Source: the human T2T-CHM13v2.0 reference genome, Homo sapiens. From it: DNA of 64,000 nucleotides. A program made the translations under genes and the position numbers. Shown in pieces: positions 29,331 to 49,450 of this stretch (position 1 is the first letter of the stretch; each line of letters opens with the position of its first letter). The notes under the pieces are model-generated. The model worked only from the letters and a program-made list of their open reading frames with translations, did no database searches and was not told the DNA's origin. Location: the NCBI RefSeq assembly GCF_009914755.1, contig NC_060925.1; one strand, given 5' to 3'.

Positions 29331-30618
29331 TGTTGCCTCCCTACCCCGCCCCCTGCACCCCTCTGGGATTCGGGCGGGCCACCACCCCCCCCTCCCGCCC
29401 AACACCTCCGGCCAGTTGTCGGCCGGGGTTCCTCGCCCGTGGTTGTCCTTGACCGTCGGCCCCCTCCCCGTCGCCTCCCGCTCCCCAGAGGCTTGGGGAG
29501 CTCCGAGGCCTCCCCCACGGCCACGGTGCGGAGACCGAGGCGCCGAGACCTCCTGGGCGCCAGACCCGTAGGCACCGGCGTGGGGAGCTTGGACGCGTGA
29601 CTGGGCACAGGGCCGGGCCAGGAGACTCCGGGTCGGCTCGCGGCCGGGTGCCCTCGCGCGGGGCGAGTGCTCAGCCCGCCCTGTTGCGGTCTCAGGACGG
29701 GGATGAGGGAATCGGGGGGCATCCCGGTCAGCCCAACTGCCCGCCCTCGCCGCGGCTGCGCCCAGCGATTCCTGCGGAGTTGAGGAGGGGCATATAAATG
29801 GAAAATATGGTCATCATTGTTCCCTTCGCTCCTTTTCTTCCCGAGGAATCCCAGCGTGCTGCGCCGATGGAACGAGTTGATGTGCACACTAGGTATAGGG
29901 ATGACTTCATCCCCAAACGAACGCAGCCGACTCTCGGGGAAACGCAGTCGCCGGGAGACGCGCGCGGAACAGTGTGTTGCCGCAAGAGTGGAAGAAGAGA
30001 AACGCAGCCAGTGGAGCCGCTTTCCAGCGTCATTAGCAAAGAGGGAATCCCGGGCAGGGGGCGGGGAGAGAGAGGAACTAATGATAATTTTAAATTTTTC
30101 GTCATTCCCAATGGTCTTGAAGTCACCTCCCTTAAAAAGTAGATATAAAATACTGGCGAGGCAATTTCATTTCAAGTCAAGTCGGGGAGGAGGGCATCCA
30201 GGAAGCCAGAATTGATCGTTGTTGAAGGTTTTGTTTTCGGTTTTTTTTAAATCTAAAAACAAATCCAATAATAAAATTTTTAACTGTACGAATTACGGCC
30301 CCCTTTTAGTCCGGAAGACAGGGATGTACTTTCTGTATAAAAGGTGAGGAGGATAGAAAAGGGTTGTTGCTACAGGGATCCTATTGCTGAAGGATCTCAT
30401 CCAAAATGGAGGACCTACCATGACTCCAGGAATCCATTCAAAAGTTTTGGTGTTTTGTTTTAAGATGCAGGTACCATTCAAAAGATAGTTAGGAAGGTTG
30501 GGATAATGTACACTTCCAAATGAAAAGACAGGTTATAGTGATCCGTGGTCAATGCCTGATTTGTCTATAATTGAACTGTGTAGCCCATTTTTAACCATAA
30601 AAAAAGCTTCCTGGTTTC

Positions 30619-30899
30619 AGCCGGGTGCGGTGGCTCACGCCTGTCATCTCAGCACTTCGGGAGGCTGAGGCAGGCGAATCATCTGAGGTCAGGAGTTCCA
30701 GACCAGCCTGGCCAACATGGCGAAACCCTGTCTCTACTAAAAATAAAAAATAAAAAAACAGCCGGGCGTGGTGGTGCACGCCTGTAATCCCAGCTGAGTC
30801 AAGAGAATCGCTTGAACCCGGGAAGAGGAGGTTGTAGTGAGCTCAGATCACACCACTGCACTCCAGCCTAGGTGACAGAGCGAGACTCCATCTAAAAAA

Positions 30900-30938
<39 letters not shown>
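30619..30938 (+). mobile_element. AluS with (TAAA)n tail
   Basis: TSD ttcctggtttcag. Confidence 0.92.
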
Positions 30939-32089
30939 AATTCCTGGTTTCAGAGCTCAATACCGAGTTATTTTCTTTTTGGAACCGGCAGCCTTAGACC
31001 AACAGCCCTATAGAAGCAGTGACCCGGAGCTATGGCAGAGGATCAAGGTGGCCTCAGGTAGTAGAAAGCATGATGCCTCTGCCTTAAACATGGTGTACTT
31101 GAAGAACGCTAATTTCCACCCACATATCTAATTACAGCTTACCATTACAGAGGGCATTTTATTCAAGGATCTCCAACCACTGGAGAGAAAACAAACTTGC
31201 CAGTCAAATGTTCTAGTTGCCATATTGCAAGTAGAGACAGGGAAACATAGAGCTCAAGTAACTGGATCAATTAGTGCAACAGGCATGATTAAAAATCATA
31301 GCTACCAACTATGAGGGTCATTGTCTTACGTAAGTTTCTCCCTGTAGTTTGAAACACATACCTCAAGTATTTGAACATGTGCTGTGGAGAGTTTTTTCTT
31401 GGAAAAATTAAGACATATTGAACCATCTTGGAAAAGTATTAATAAAACATATTCGACCACAGAGAAGTCACACCAATTTGCCTTAGTCCATTCATAGCAA
31501 TACAGTAAATCCGACAGAGCTTATGTTTCAGGGAAAACTCTTACAAAGGGCCAAAAGGGGTGGAGAGAGTGCTGTAATGACTCAAGCTATCTCCTGCCAG
31601 ACACAAGAAACAAGGATAAAAATTCCTTACAGATGACTCCATAACCTACTTCTCATTTGTGAAAGTTAATCCATCCTGCGCTAAATAAGTGATATATCAC
31701 ATCATCTTTATTCTAACAGCAAATGTTCCAATGGTATGGGCACCAAATTAAGCAATCCAAGTGGAAAATGCTGTTCTTATTTTCTATGTTTATTAAAAAT
31801 GTACCAGCCAAGAATTTTGGCTGCCTACAACCATTTCCATCCTTTTGGATGGCAGCCTGCCAGCTCACAAGTTGGTCATAGCATTCATTGCCTTTTGGAT
31901 TTAGATATTGCAATGGGTGGCCTGACCCCCAAAGGTCATTCTGTGGAAGGGCAATTTGTTGGCTGTGACAAAATGTTATTGCTTCTTGTTCATATTTGGT
32001 TTAACATTCAAAGAGTGCAAAGCGATACTTGAGGTAGGAAGTCACAGACTAATTCTGGTCACAAAGGAAATGCTGTGGAATGTGTTACC

Positions 32090-32240
32090 ATATAGAATAA
32101 AAGAATTTTAGAGATGGAAGGAATCTTCGGTCCAGCCCACTCATTTTTCAGAAAAGAAATGTGAGACCCAGAGAGGTTAAGTAACTTGCCCACAACTTAA
32201 ACTCAGGATTTCCAAATCTTGGTCCATTGTTCCTTCGACT
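32090..32240 (-). mobile_element. MIR
   Basis: gagacccagagaggttaagtaacttgccca. Confidence 0.75.
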
Positions 32241-32336
32241 ATATCAAACTACCTTCTTATGGGATGAGAGTGCACTAAGGCAATAAAAATTAAAGCTGAT
32301 TCTCTTCTCATAAACTCTGCTTAAAAATTAGGTCTG

Positions 32337-32994
<658 letters not shown>

Positions 32995-33237
32995 TTAGCT
33001 GAGATTGTGTTGGCTTGGCTGAATAGTGGAAATCATTTGAACTCTTCTCTCATAAGGGTTGCTGGCCCAAGGCCCAATGGCTGGCCCATCATGTAGGCAC
33101 CTAGGTATTTAAAAGGTGAATGAATAAATGAGTGAATGACTTCTCTAATTAAAAACTATTCATCAAAAGAAATATACTCTGTTGTTAACATCAAGTATAT
33201 AGACCTCAACTTTCTCTTAGATAAACTTTTACCCATG

Positions 33238-33528
33238 CTTTTTTTTTTTTTCGACCGACTCTTGCTCTGTTGCCCAGGCTGGAGTGCAGTGGTGAGAGCC
33301 CTGCTCACTGCAGCCTCCTCCCAGGTTCGAGGGGTTCTCCTGCCTTAGCCTCCCCAGTAGCTGGGATTACAGGCGCCCGCCACCACACCCAGCTAATTTT
33401 CATATTTTTAGTAGAGACAGGTTTTAACATGTTGGCCAGGCAGGTCTCTAACCCCTCACCTCAGGTGATCTACCCGCTACGGCCTCCCAAAGTGCTGGAA
33501 TTACAGGCATGGGCCACCGCGCCCAGCC
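33238..33528 (-). mobile_element. AluS
   Basis: Alu consensus. Confidence 0.9.
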
Positions 33529-34486
33529 ACCCCTGCTTAATATCACAGTAGGAGGCCTGCTCCAAGCCCTAGGTGTACAGTACAGAGCCATCACATTGGC
33601 CTATACATTTGTTAGCAGTGTGTACTCAGAAAAGGAAATAAAATTTGCTCCTGTTGAAGATGAGTTTGCTGCAGGAGTGTTGTCAGTCTGGCTCTGAGGG
33701 TTCACTTGGAACATGCCTTGTTTAAATTCATCTGATAGCATCAGTGTAGGCTTGTCCTCCATTTATGGGCATGAGGAGGATGCGTGACTAATGCTACTCA
33801 GCAGTTAGGAAATCAATGCTAAGGATTGTAGGCACGGTCTCCCCCATCACCCAAAAAAAAGGCTCTCCCTCGAAAAATTAAGTTACTTTACAGATGGGTG
33901 AGGAAGAGAAGGTAGTTTGGAGTGAACTTGATTGTACACTTTCTGCTTATACCTAACAGTATTTTGTTTTCTTTTGTGGCAGTTAGTTCACAGTGTAATT
34001 TTTGTTTGTGTCCCCAAGAATGGAAAAAAAAATAACGTAGAACATGATATTCCAGTAGGATTCAAGATATTTTTATTTCTCATCTTTCAGCTTTAGCTGC
34101 CCATATATAATGTCAGCTCTAAAATATTATCAGGAGACACAGACATTAGAGGAAACTATTTGCCTCTCTGCCTTTTGCATTTTTCTTCCATTTGTCATTT
34201 TTCTCCCTTCCAAATTAGGATTTATTCAGTTAATTTCATTTCGTCTTCCCCAGAGTCTCTTTCTTTTCTTAGCTCTACAGTGTTTAGATTTGGCAGAAGA
34301 TTCCCATAGCCTGAATGGTTTTGGAGTAACATTAGTCTATAGAGGCCATATTCTATAAAATGCAATGCATTTTTTCCCACAAAATTCAGCTATGGCCACC
34401 ATTTAAAGAATATGGCAGGTGGTCCCCATATCTAGATAACAATCAAATTATAGTGCTTTAGAAATTGGATTGAAAATAAGTGTCGA

Positions 34487-35236
<750 letters not shown>

Positions 35237-35536
35237 TCATCATAATCTAATTCTGAACTCTTAGCCCCTATTTTATAAAATCTAGCTGGTAGCTAGGTAA
35301 AAAAAAAATTGGTACCCTCTTTCTCGCATTGAAGTGATTTATTGTAATAAAACTAGAATACCACTCAATTTTCACAGACAATACGATCAGGTGACAACTG
35401 ACCTTAGAGTATTTCCTCAAAGGAGATCAGAAAAAATGTTATTAAATAAAAGATTATTTTCTGGCTAATTACAGTACAGAAGAAAGATATTACCACTAGG
35501 ATGTATCCTAAACAAGCTGTCTAAAATTAATTCACA

Positions 35537-35885
<349 letters not shown>

Positions 35886-36479
35886 TTAGGTAAGTTTCAA
35901 AGCTCATTAAAAATCTCAGTTATCTTTCTCTTTGAAACGGTTGCTAAGCCTGGTGACCTGGCCAAATTCTACTTTGAGAAATTACCTTCAAATGTTCATT
36001 TTCTTGGGTTTAATGTCCAAATTCAGCCTCTAGTCAAGTCTTTCTAAAATTGAAAGGCAGGAAATAATCAGATAAATAATGTCATTATGTGTCATTAGTT
36101 ATAATACTTTCATTTGGCCTCCAAACATTCTAATACCCTTAACTCACTTATCATGAGTACCGACTTTTAATGAAGTAAAATGTTGATATTGTACTCATTT
36201 TGTATATGAAGCTGTTGGGTTCTTTGATCAAAGTAGCCAGTGATTGAATACTCTATTTGGTAGCAAATGAATTGAACTGCAAATCAATAATTAAAGCCAT
36301 TGAGGGAAAAATTTAAATTTAGCCTCTTATTTCAGGCCCCTCTCTGTGGGAATACCTACCTTAGATGGAGTCTGACACAAACAAGCTTTATATTTAAGAA
36401 AAATAATGTTATTTGAGTGGCAGGAATGTAAGAGATGAATGTAGCTAAGTGATTGGTTGACCAATAGTCATATTTACTC

Positions 36480-36680
36480 ACCTGCTAGGCACTTACTTAT
36501 ATTAACTCCATTAATCTTCACAATATTCCTATGAAGTGGGTATCATTATAGTCATGCCTGCTATACAACTCATGAAAGTGAGGCACAGAAAGGTTAAGAG
36601 ACTTGCCCGAAGTCACACAGCTAGTAAATGAGAAGGCCAGAAAGGCCAGTTTCATAGCCCACACTCTTAACCTCTGCACC
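36480..36680 (-). mobile_element. MIR
   Basis: gaggcacagaaaggttaagagacttgcccgaagtcacacagctagtaa. Confidence 0.85.
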
Positions 36681-37296
36681 ACAGGATCTCTTCTATTTCA
36701 CTTTACTTCCTCTGATTAAAAAAAGAAAAGAAAAAAAAGCCTCAAGGCCCACTTAGGAAATGGAAGGTAAAAATAAAACAAACAAAATACTCTCAATTCC
36801 TTAACTTCCTCATTCTGCCACTAGAAACTACAGAGATATCCTATCTGGTAAATCATGACACTTCTATCTCCCAAGCAATAAATAAGGCCTTCCCTTAGGC
36901 ACAGATTTGATTCCTAGTGCTTAGGCTTGTGGCTTTGTGCACTGTAGGGGCTCAATAAATGAGTTAAATGAGCCTCCAAATTACAACTCCAAATTAATGT
37001 TAGGACTTCATTTCCAGAACAGTAATGCTACTAGAGAAGTAGCCAGTAGCCATTCATTCACTCACCACTCCTTCAACTTAGATATTTCAGGCATACAACT
37101 AGTGGAGGTTTTATAAAGCTTATAGGGATAGAGTTACTTAAACCAACTCAGTAAACAAAAAACTCATAGAAATGCTAACAGTTTTTGTTGAACACAGGGT
37201 GATAAACAAAATAAAGCCAAGCCTGTGCGTGTGTGTGTGTGTGTGTGTTGTCTCTTGTGTTTTTGTATTTTTTTAAAAAAAACTGCCTATATTTAA

Positions 37297-37658
<362 letters not shown>

Positions 37659-38539
37659 CCAGTGTGTTTTTAAAGGTGTTCTGAGAATGTCTAGCATTCT
37701 TTTTATTAACGTTCTAATTAGATTCAGAGAGTAGCTAAGGGATACTGTACCCCAAAAGTAACCTGATGCTATATTTAGCTTTGGTTGTCTGCAAAGCAAT
37801 TTGCCATAAAAGTCTTACTCTAGGATGAGATGTACCAAAATCTTTGACAATAACTCATCTATTTCTTCATTTATATTCTTGTGAAAAACTTTTTTTTAGG
37901 ACTTGCTCATTTAAAATTTATCACCAATGAGGGTGCTTATATTTCAGGGAAAGGCCCTGAATAGAAAACCACTATCCTAGCTTCCCATTCAGGTTTTCTT
38001 GTCTAACTCAGGTGGCATTTTATATCTGTCAACATCTCATAATTAGTCTTTAAATAGCTCCTGTTTTGTGTGTTTTTTTGTAATGTTCACTGAGGAACTC
38101 ATTGTACTTGATTTTATTCAGTGTCTCTCACTTGCAAATAATATTTCCCTTCAAAAGTTCACAGTCTGGTCTTTTCCTTCTTATTTTTCACTTTATTTTC
38201 TCTCCTCCTACTAGTGAGATGGTGATTCTTGATTTGCTTTATTTGAGTTATTTATATCTTCCGGCCTCTGTTTAATATCAAGTCTGGCGTGGCATTCTTT
38301 TCCTACTGAATGATGCCCAAATTAAGTTAAGAAGCAATTCCTAAGAAAGCTGGCCTGTGATTCTTCATGGTCTTCTGGTATCCCAAGCACTGGACAGTCT
38401 GTTTAATTTTGAAAGTTGATGTAACTAGCTAAGTTAATAGTTTATGTCAGGTTTGATTCAAGAGTTGCTTTCCAGAGTAACTCTGTTCCAAAACTAGATG
38501 AGGAGATAGAATAGGGAAGGAAGAATTAAAGCAGTCTAG

Positions 38540-39079
<540 letters not shown>

Positions 39080-39244
39080 CTATAAGGCCCTTAACTGGCT
39101 CTCAATGATGGGGCTCCAAGAGAGAACAGTCAGTGGAGTATAATAACAAGGGGTCCTGATGCCAACTTAACTACTCCCACCATTAGCATCACCCGCATCA
39201 AAGAAAAAGAGCTTTTCTGCTTTTACCTTCTATCCGGTCTTTTT

Positions 39245-39600
39245 GTTAGGATTCTGGTTGCTGGTGATAGAAATCCAATTCAAAGTAGCTTAATGTTACT
39301 GTATATTTTCAGTATGCTCTTCCGGCTAGCTAGATCCAGGGGCTCAAACAATGGCATCCTCTCCATCTCTTAGTTCTGCCTATCTTTGCCTTTCTTTGTG
39401 TTTTGACCTATTTTCTCCTCCTATATATAGTCCCAACTTCACTTTCTACCAGTACTGTGATCCCAAAGCTGGACAATCTGTCCAAGTAGCAAGGTCTCTC
39501 TGATTGGACCAGGAGTCACATGGTCATCCTGAACCACTGGCTGCAACCAGGGTGAAGAGGTTCTCTTATTGGCCAGAACCAAATCATGGGCCCACCCTTG
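39245..39600 (-). mobile_element. Old MLT1 (J/K-like) LTR fragment
   Basis: gttaggattctggttgctggtgatagaaatccaattcaa; ctctctgattggacc. Confidence 0.55.
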
Positions 39601-39789
39601 GTCAGGAAGACAGCTCTCTTACTTCAAGGGGTAGGACATAAAATAGTATATTGGGCAACCAAATCCACAACTACTCAAAGAGCCTCCAGCTAGGGAGCGT
39701 GGGTTTAACTAAACAAGAACAACATTCTTGAGTGGGGTAGGAGGAATGGGTGAGGGAATGATTTTTCTTTGGTGGTGGCAGTCAATTTA

Positions 39790-40495
<706 letters not shown>

Positions 40496-40623
40496 TTAAG
40501 CTTGTGCCAACAGCCTGCTCACCTCAACAGAATGATAGACCAGAGTAATAGAGGGTGCAGCACCACAAAGTCCCTGGATCTCCCTCATTTTCTTCCTTCC
40601 TTTATCCTTCCCTCCTTCTTAAC

Positions 40624-41077
40624 TGTGGCAGATTTTTTACAAAAATTGTCACAATCATTACGCTGTCAATATCCATGCTTTTGGTTGGCCTCTCCCTCAC
40701 TAACCCTGAGCTCGGCCCTGTGACTTGCTTTGGACAGTGGTACAATAGCAAATGTGACACAAGCAGAGACTTGTAAAGGGCTTTTTGCATCAGGGCCCAC
40801 CCTTTCTTGCTGCTCTCTGGAAACCTATGATGGCCATGTGAAGAAGCCTGGACGGGTTTATTGAAGAATGAGAGACTTCATGGAGTAGAATCAAGTTGCT
40901 CAAGCTGAGGCCCTGGACCAGTAGCCTGCCAACTGAAAGACTGTGCATGAGACCGTTCTAGACCATCCAGCCCCAGGTGAGCTCATCTAGACCAAAATAA
41001 CTGCCCAGTCAACCCACTGTTTTAAGGCCACTAAAGTTGTGGAGTAGTTTGTTTTACAATAAAAGCTAACTGATAGA
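40624..41077 (+). mobile_element. MLT1F-like LTR
   Basis: tgtggcaga...tgtgacttgctttgg...gcaaatgtgacacaagcagagacttg...aagctaactgata. Confidence 0.75.
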
Positions 41078-41190
41078 CCCATTCTCTTCTTCAACAACTT
41101 CCCATAAGTCCTTGAATAGAGCAATGGCTCCTGCACTGAGAGAAGTATCTGTGGTTGAAGCTCTTGCTCCAACTGAAAGATGTTCACTTT

Positions 41191-41579
<389 letters not shown>

Positions 41580-41708
41580 TCACCACTGGTTCGTTGGCTG
41601 ATATTCTTTGGAGTTCTTCCTCCAGAAGGGGGCAGGAAATCCAAGATGGGAAGGATGAGAATAATAAAAAGTTGGAACCTCTGAGGGCACCAGATTACAA
41701 GCAGTTAA

Positions 41709-42088
<380 letters not shown>

Positions 42089-42966
42089 AAGGCAGGAGTT
42101 CTTGAGGCCATGAGCAAGAGCTGTAACTTGATATCAGATGATCTAGATTCTTATTTCCCTCTCTGCTTATTTTCCAGAAATCTTTGGTAAAGTCTTGTTG
42201 GAATGTTCCAAATTGCTCTCAGCTGGTCCACAAGGTAGTAAAGGAAAAGTCTTTGTCCATGCTCAAGTTCAAGTTTCTAAGGAGAACAGCACCCCTCTCA
42301 TGCTGTCAGGTTGATGGCAGAGGAAGATACTCTCTCTAGTCCACCTAATAAATTGCTTAGGAATAAACACTTAGGAATCAGCTCCTACTCAGGTATGCTT
42401 GGCAGAGTTCTCGGTGAGAGTCCATTGTCTATATGTCATGGCTAAGGAGGCGGGCATGAGTTGGGATAAAACTCATGTTTCTTTCCAATTTGAAAAAGAC
42501 ACTGAGGTCATCCCTCAGAAGAGTTCAATGAGGCCATTTCTCTCGAACGGGGGAAGAAGGAAGGAAGCCGATATTCCTGGAGGTCTCAGAACAATATTTT
42601 AGATCTTGGCCTCCAGACTTACTAGGCAGCAGTCCAGTGGAGTAACTGCAGTGAAGTTAGATTATTTGAGATCCAAGAAGCCTGTAATAAGGGAACGGAG
42701 AGCTCAAGACACTTAGATCTCAATAGAAGCTGACATCTGGGTCAGGAAGAGGAAAGAATCAAGACTAATAGGAGAGGGAGGGAAATTCTTTACAAATATC
42801 TGGTATGCAGCCATCTGGAAGGGGTTCTGGGAACCAACTATATTGCATATCAATATAAACCCAGCCTCACAGGAGGAGCCCTCAGTTTTTTTCACTAGGG
42901 ACCCAAGCCACTCTTCGCTGCTTTGGAAAGATTGACTATATTATAATCTATGCCAGAGGACTATAT

Positions 42967-42976
<10 letters not shown>

Positions 42977-43014
<38 letters not shown>

Positions 43015-43310
43015 GTTTTTGTTTGTTTGTTTGTTTTTTGAGACAGAGTCCAGCCTGGAATGCAGTGGCATGATCTTGGCTCACTGCAACCTCCGTCTCC
43101 TGGATTTAAGCAATTCTTCCTGCCTCAGCCTCCCGAGTAGCTGGGATTACAGGCGCCCGCCACCACACTCAGCTAATTTTTGTGTTTTTAGTAGAGATGG
43201 GGTTTCGCCTTGTTGGCCAGGCTGGTCTTGAACTCCTGACCTCAGGTTATCCACCCGCCTCGACCTCCCAAAGTGCTGGGATTACAGGCATGAGCCACCG
43301 CACCCAGCCC
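42977..43310 (-). mobile_element. (CA)n followed by an AluS (43015-43310)
   Basis: CA run plus Alu consensus. Confidence 0.9.
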
Positions 43311-43818
43311 AAGAAACCTATATTAATTACTCATTTTTAAAAAGATTTCAATGACAGCCAGCTTGAACTACGAGAATTCTTTCTCATGTAATGAACTCTC
43401 AGGAAAGACAGGGATGAACAGCATCTCAAACAGGTCAGAACTCTTTCTGTCTTCCATTTTTTACTTCTCTGTGAGTATTAGCTTCTTTTTCTCAGGTTGG
43501 CTTCTTCACAAAGCTGTAACCACAGCAGCCAGCAGCTCCTGGCTCACCTCTTCCTTGGCCACCAGAGAAGGATGGACTCTTCCCCCAATAAACTGTAGGC
43601 GGGGGGAAACTGGGGAAAGGCTCTGATTGACTTACTTGGGTCATATGCCCATATCCACCCAAACACTGGTCAGGAGGTGAAGTACTTTCATTGATTCTTC
43701 TTGGGTCACGCGCCCAGCTTCAGAGCCCTCCTAAAATCATACCCCTGGAGGCAGGGAAGAGAGACTCTCCTTCAGAGAAGGGAGGGATTACTCTCTGAAG
43801 ATAGAAATAAAACAATGT

Positions 43819-44031
43819 GGCCAGGCGTGGTGGCTCATGCCTGCAATCCAGCACTTTGGGAGGCCGAGGCGGGCGGATCATGAGGTCAGGAGATCGAGAC
43901 CATCCTGGCTAACACTGTGAAACCCCGTCTCTACTAAAAATACAAAAAATTGTGAGCCGAAATTGCACCACTGCACTCCAGCCTGGGTGACAGAGTAAGA
44001 CTCCGTCTCAAAAAAAAAAAAAAAAAAAAAA
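43819..44031 (+). mobile_element. Alu missing the 5' part of its right arm
   Basis: TSD agaaataaaacaatg; the linker joins directly to gtgagccga. Confidence 0.9.
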
Positions 44032-44155
44032 AGAAATAAAACAATGCTAAGTTCTGATTTTCTTACCAGGTTCTGCTGCTTCCCAGTGGACCACACACTA
44101 AGGAGTAAGATGGAAAATAATAGAGAAAAACCTAAAATAATGGCATAATAACAAG

Positions 44156-44279
44156 TTCTGAGCAATGTCATTCTCTTTCTTTCACTATCACCCTATTTTA
44201 CTTTTTCCCTAGATTACTTTTCTGAGCAATGTCATTCTCTTTTTTCACTTTATCACCCCATTTTACTTTTCCCCTAGAT
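44156..44279. repeat. ~64-bp-period diverged tandem duplication
   Basis: ttctgagcaatgtcattctcttt...ttttactttt.ccctagat x2. Confidence 0.92.
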
Positions 44280-44819
44280 GTGTAATAAAAATTGTGAAAA
44301 GAAGAATGAAAATAAAAAGGAATAAATAATTTTTTGAAACCAGCAGTATTAAAGATAACCCAGTCATTGTATTAGGCCTAAATACATAAATAAAGCAGCA
44401 GAGATGCAGTTGAATGTAGAAAAAATGACATCATCAACATTTAGGGAAAAAATAAATAAATGTAGAAAAATATTTTTAAAAAACTTTTCTAAGGAGTGGA
44501 AGGGGGTACAAGAAGCCCTTAAAATAAATTCTTTCCAGTTTTAGGGGAGCTTATTAATATCACATTAACATTTAGTTGAGTTGTTTTTTGCTGACATTGG
44601 AACTGGAGCTCTGTATCGTATTAGCTACTGAATTTTACTGCATAAGTCCCTCCCCTTGATTAGCTGAAGGGAGTGAGAATCCTTTCTAAGTTTGTTTCCA
44701 TTCTGTTTGGACTGCATTAAGACATCAGTCCATAATTACACAGAACCAAGGGAAAAGCCTATAAAATCAGATCAACTACCGTGTTGTTAGTTTATTCCGT
44801 TAACCATCTAAATTCAATT

Positions 44820-46630
<1,811 letters not shown>

Positions 46631-46666
46631 TGTTCCTCGTTATTGCCACTCTTCCACATATAGGCT

Positions 46667-47199
46667 TGTGATGGTTAATATTGTGTGTCAACTTGATTGG
46701 ATCGAAGGATGCAAAGTATTGTGCCTGGGTGTGTCTGTGAGGATGTTGCCAAAGGACATAAACAATTGAGTCAGTGGACTGGGAGAGGCAGACTTACCCT
46801 CAGTCTGGGTGGGCACCAGCTAATCAGCTGCCAGCATAAAAGCAAGCATGGAAAGAGCAGACTTCCTGAGTCTTCTGGACTCCATCTTTCTTCCATGCTG
46901 GATGCTTCCTGCCCTTTAACATCAGACTCCAAGTTCTTCAGCTTTTAGACTCTTGGACTTACACCAGTGATTTGCCAGGGGCTATTGGGCCTTTGGCCAA
47001 AGACTGAAAGCTGTGCTATCAGCTTCCCTACTTTTGAGGTTTTGGGATTTGGACTGGCTTCCTGGCTCCTCAGCTTGCAGACGGCCTATTGTGGGACTTC
47101 ACCTTGTGATCCTGTGAGTCAATTCTCCTAATAAACTCCCCATTCATACGTTCATCTATCCTATTAGTTCTGTCCCTTTAGAGAACCCTGACTAATACA
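46667..47199 (+). mobile_element. MLT2A2 (HERV-L) solo LTR, full length
   Basis: Starts tgtgatggttaatattg, ends gagaaccctgactaataca; perfect 5-bp TSD aggct. Confidence 0.9.
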
Positions 47200-48205
<1,006 letters not shown>

Positions 48206-48309
48206 GAAATCTGCCTTTAAGCAAATGGTTTACCCTCTCTAGACCTCCATTTCCTTATCTGTAATTTGAGAGAGCTAGAATCATTGATTTATAATACCTT
48301 TACAGTTCT

Positions 48310-48672
<363 letters not shown>

Positions 48673-49161
48673 TAAATTCTATGTTTATATTTTCAAATCC
48701 AGTAAAACAGTATATTTGAATGTATCCAAAAACTGGATGATGGATCAAATGTGCTAATTAGATAATGCTGGATTATCAGTGACACTTTGAGGGGCCACAT
48801 CTTATTCCCTGGGAAATATAAGATGAAAATAGTGGGACCTTCCTCAGTTAACTTTGCTAGCAGATGTGATCGTGAAGAATTATGATTTGTCACTATTTTT
48901 AGTCTGAATCTACAATGCAGCAGCAACAGCACATTCTCACACATTCCTATAAGTTTATGCCTTTATATATGTCTATATATTGTGGTTTTTTTCTTCGTTT
49001 ATTGTCTGGGGGAAGACAAAAGGAAGAAGAATGATAATACTTAGAAGCTGTAATCTACCATTTAGTTTTATAAGGAATTGTTACTTAAATTGTAATTTAT
49101 AGTATTTATAATGGAAAAAAGTTGTTTACTCAAGTATATCAAGTTTAAAATATATAATGAA

Positions 49162-49450
49162 GGCCGGGCACAGTGGCTCACGCCTGTAATCCTAGCATTT
49201 TGGGAGGCCAAGGCGAGTTCAAGACCAGCCTGGCCAACAGAGTGAAACCCCATCTCTATTAAAAATCCAAAAATTAGCCAGGCGTGGTGGTGGGCACCTG
49301 TAGTCCCAGCTACTCGGGAGGATGAGGCGGGAGAATCACTTGAACCCAGGAGGCGGAGGTTGTAGTGGTCTGAGATCTCACAACTGCACTCCAGCCTGGG
49401 CGACAGAGTGAGACTCTGTCTCAAATAAATAAATAAATAAATAAATAATA
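49162..49450 (+). mobile_element. AluS with a short left-arm deletion and (TAAA)n tail
   Basis: TSD aaaatatat.atgaag. Confidence 0.9.

Larger units (their letters stand above)
28530..30070. promoter_or_regulatory. CpG island / housekeeping promoter of the minus-strand gene
   Basis: Very high GC and CpG density, GC boxes, short (GGC)n run at ~29304-29318, free of interspersed repeats. Confidence 0.95.

Noticed and set aside
28389-29887. Long overlapping ORFs of 326-387 aa on both strands, including an ATG at 29722 that is in phase 2 with the 28932 donor
   Set aside because: Stop-poor because of extreme GC content; Arg/Gly/Pro/Ala low complexity in several frames at once; the 29722 ATG probably lies upstream of the TSS.
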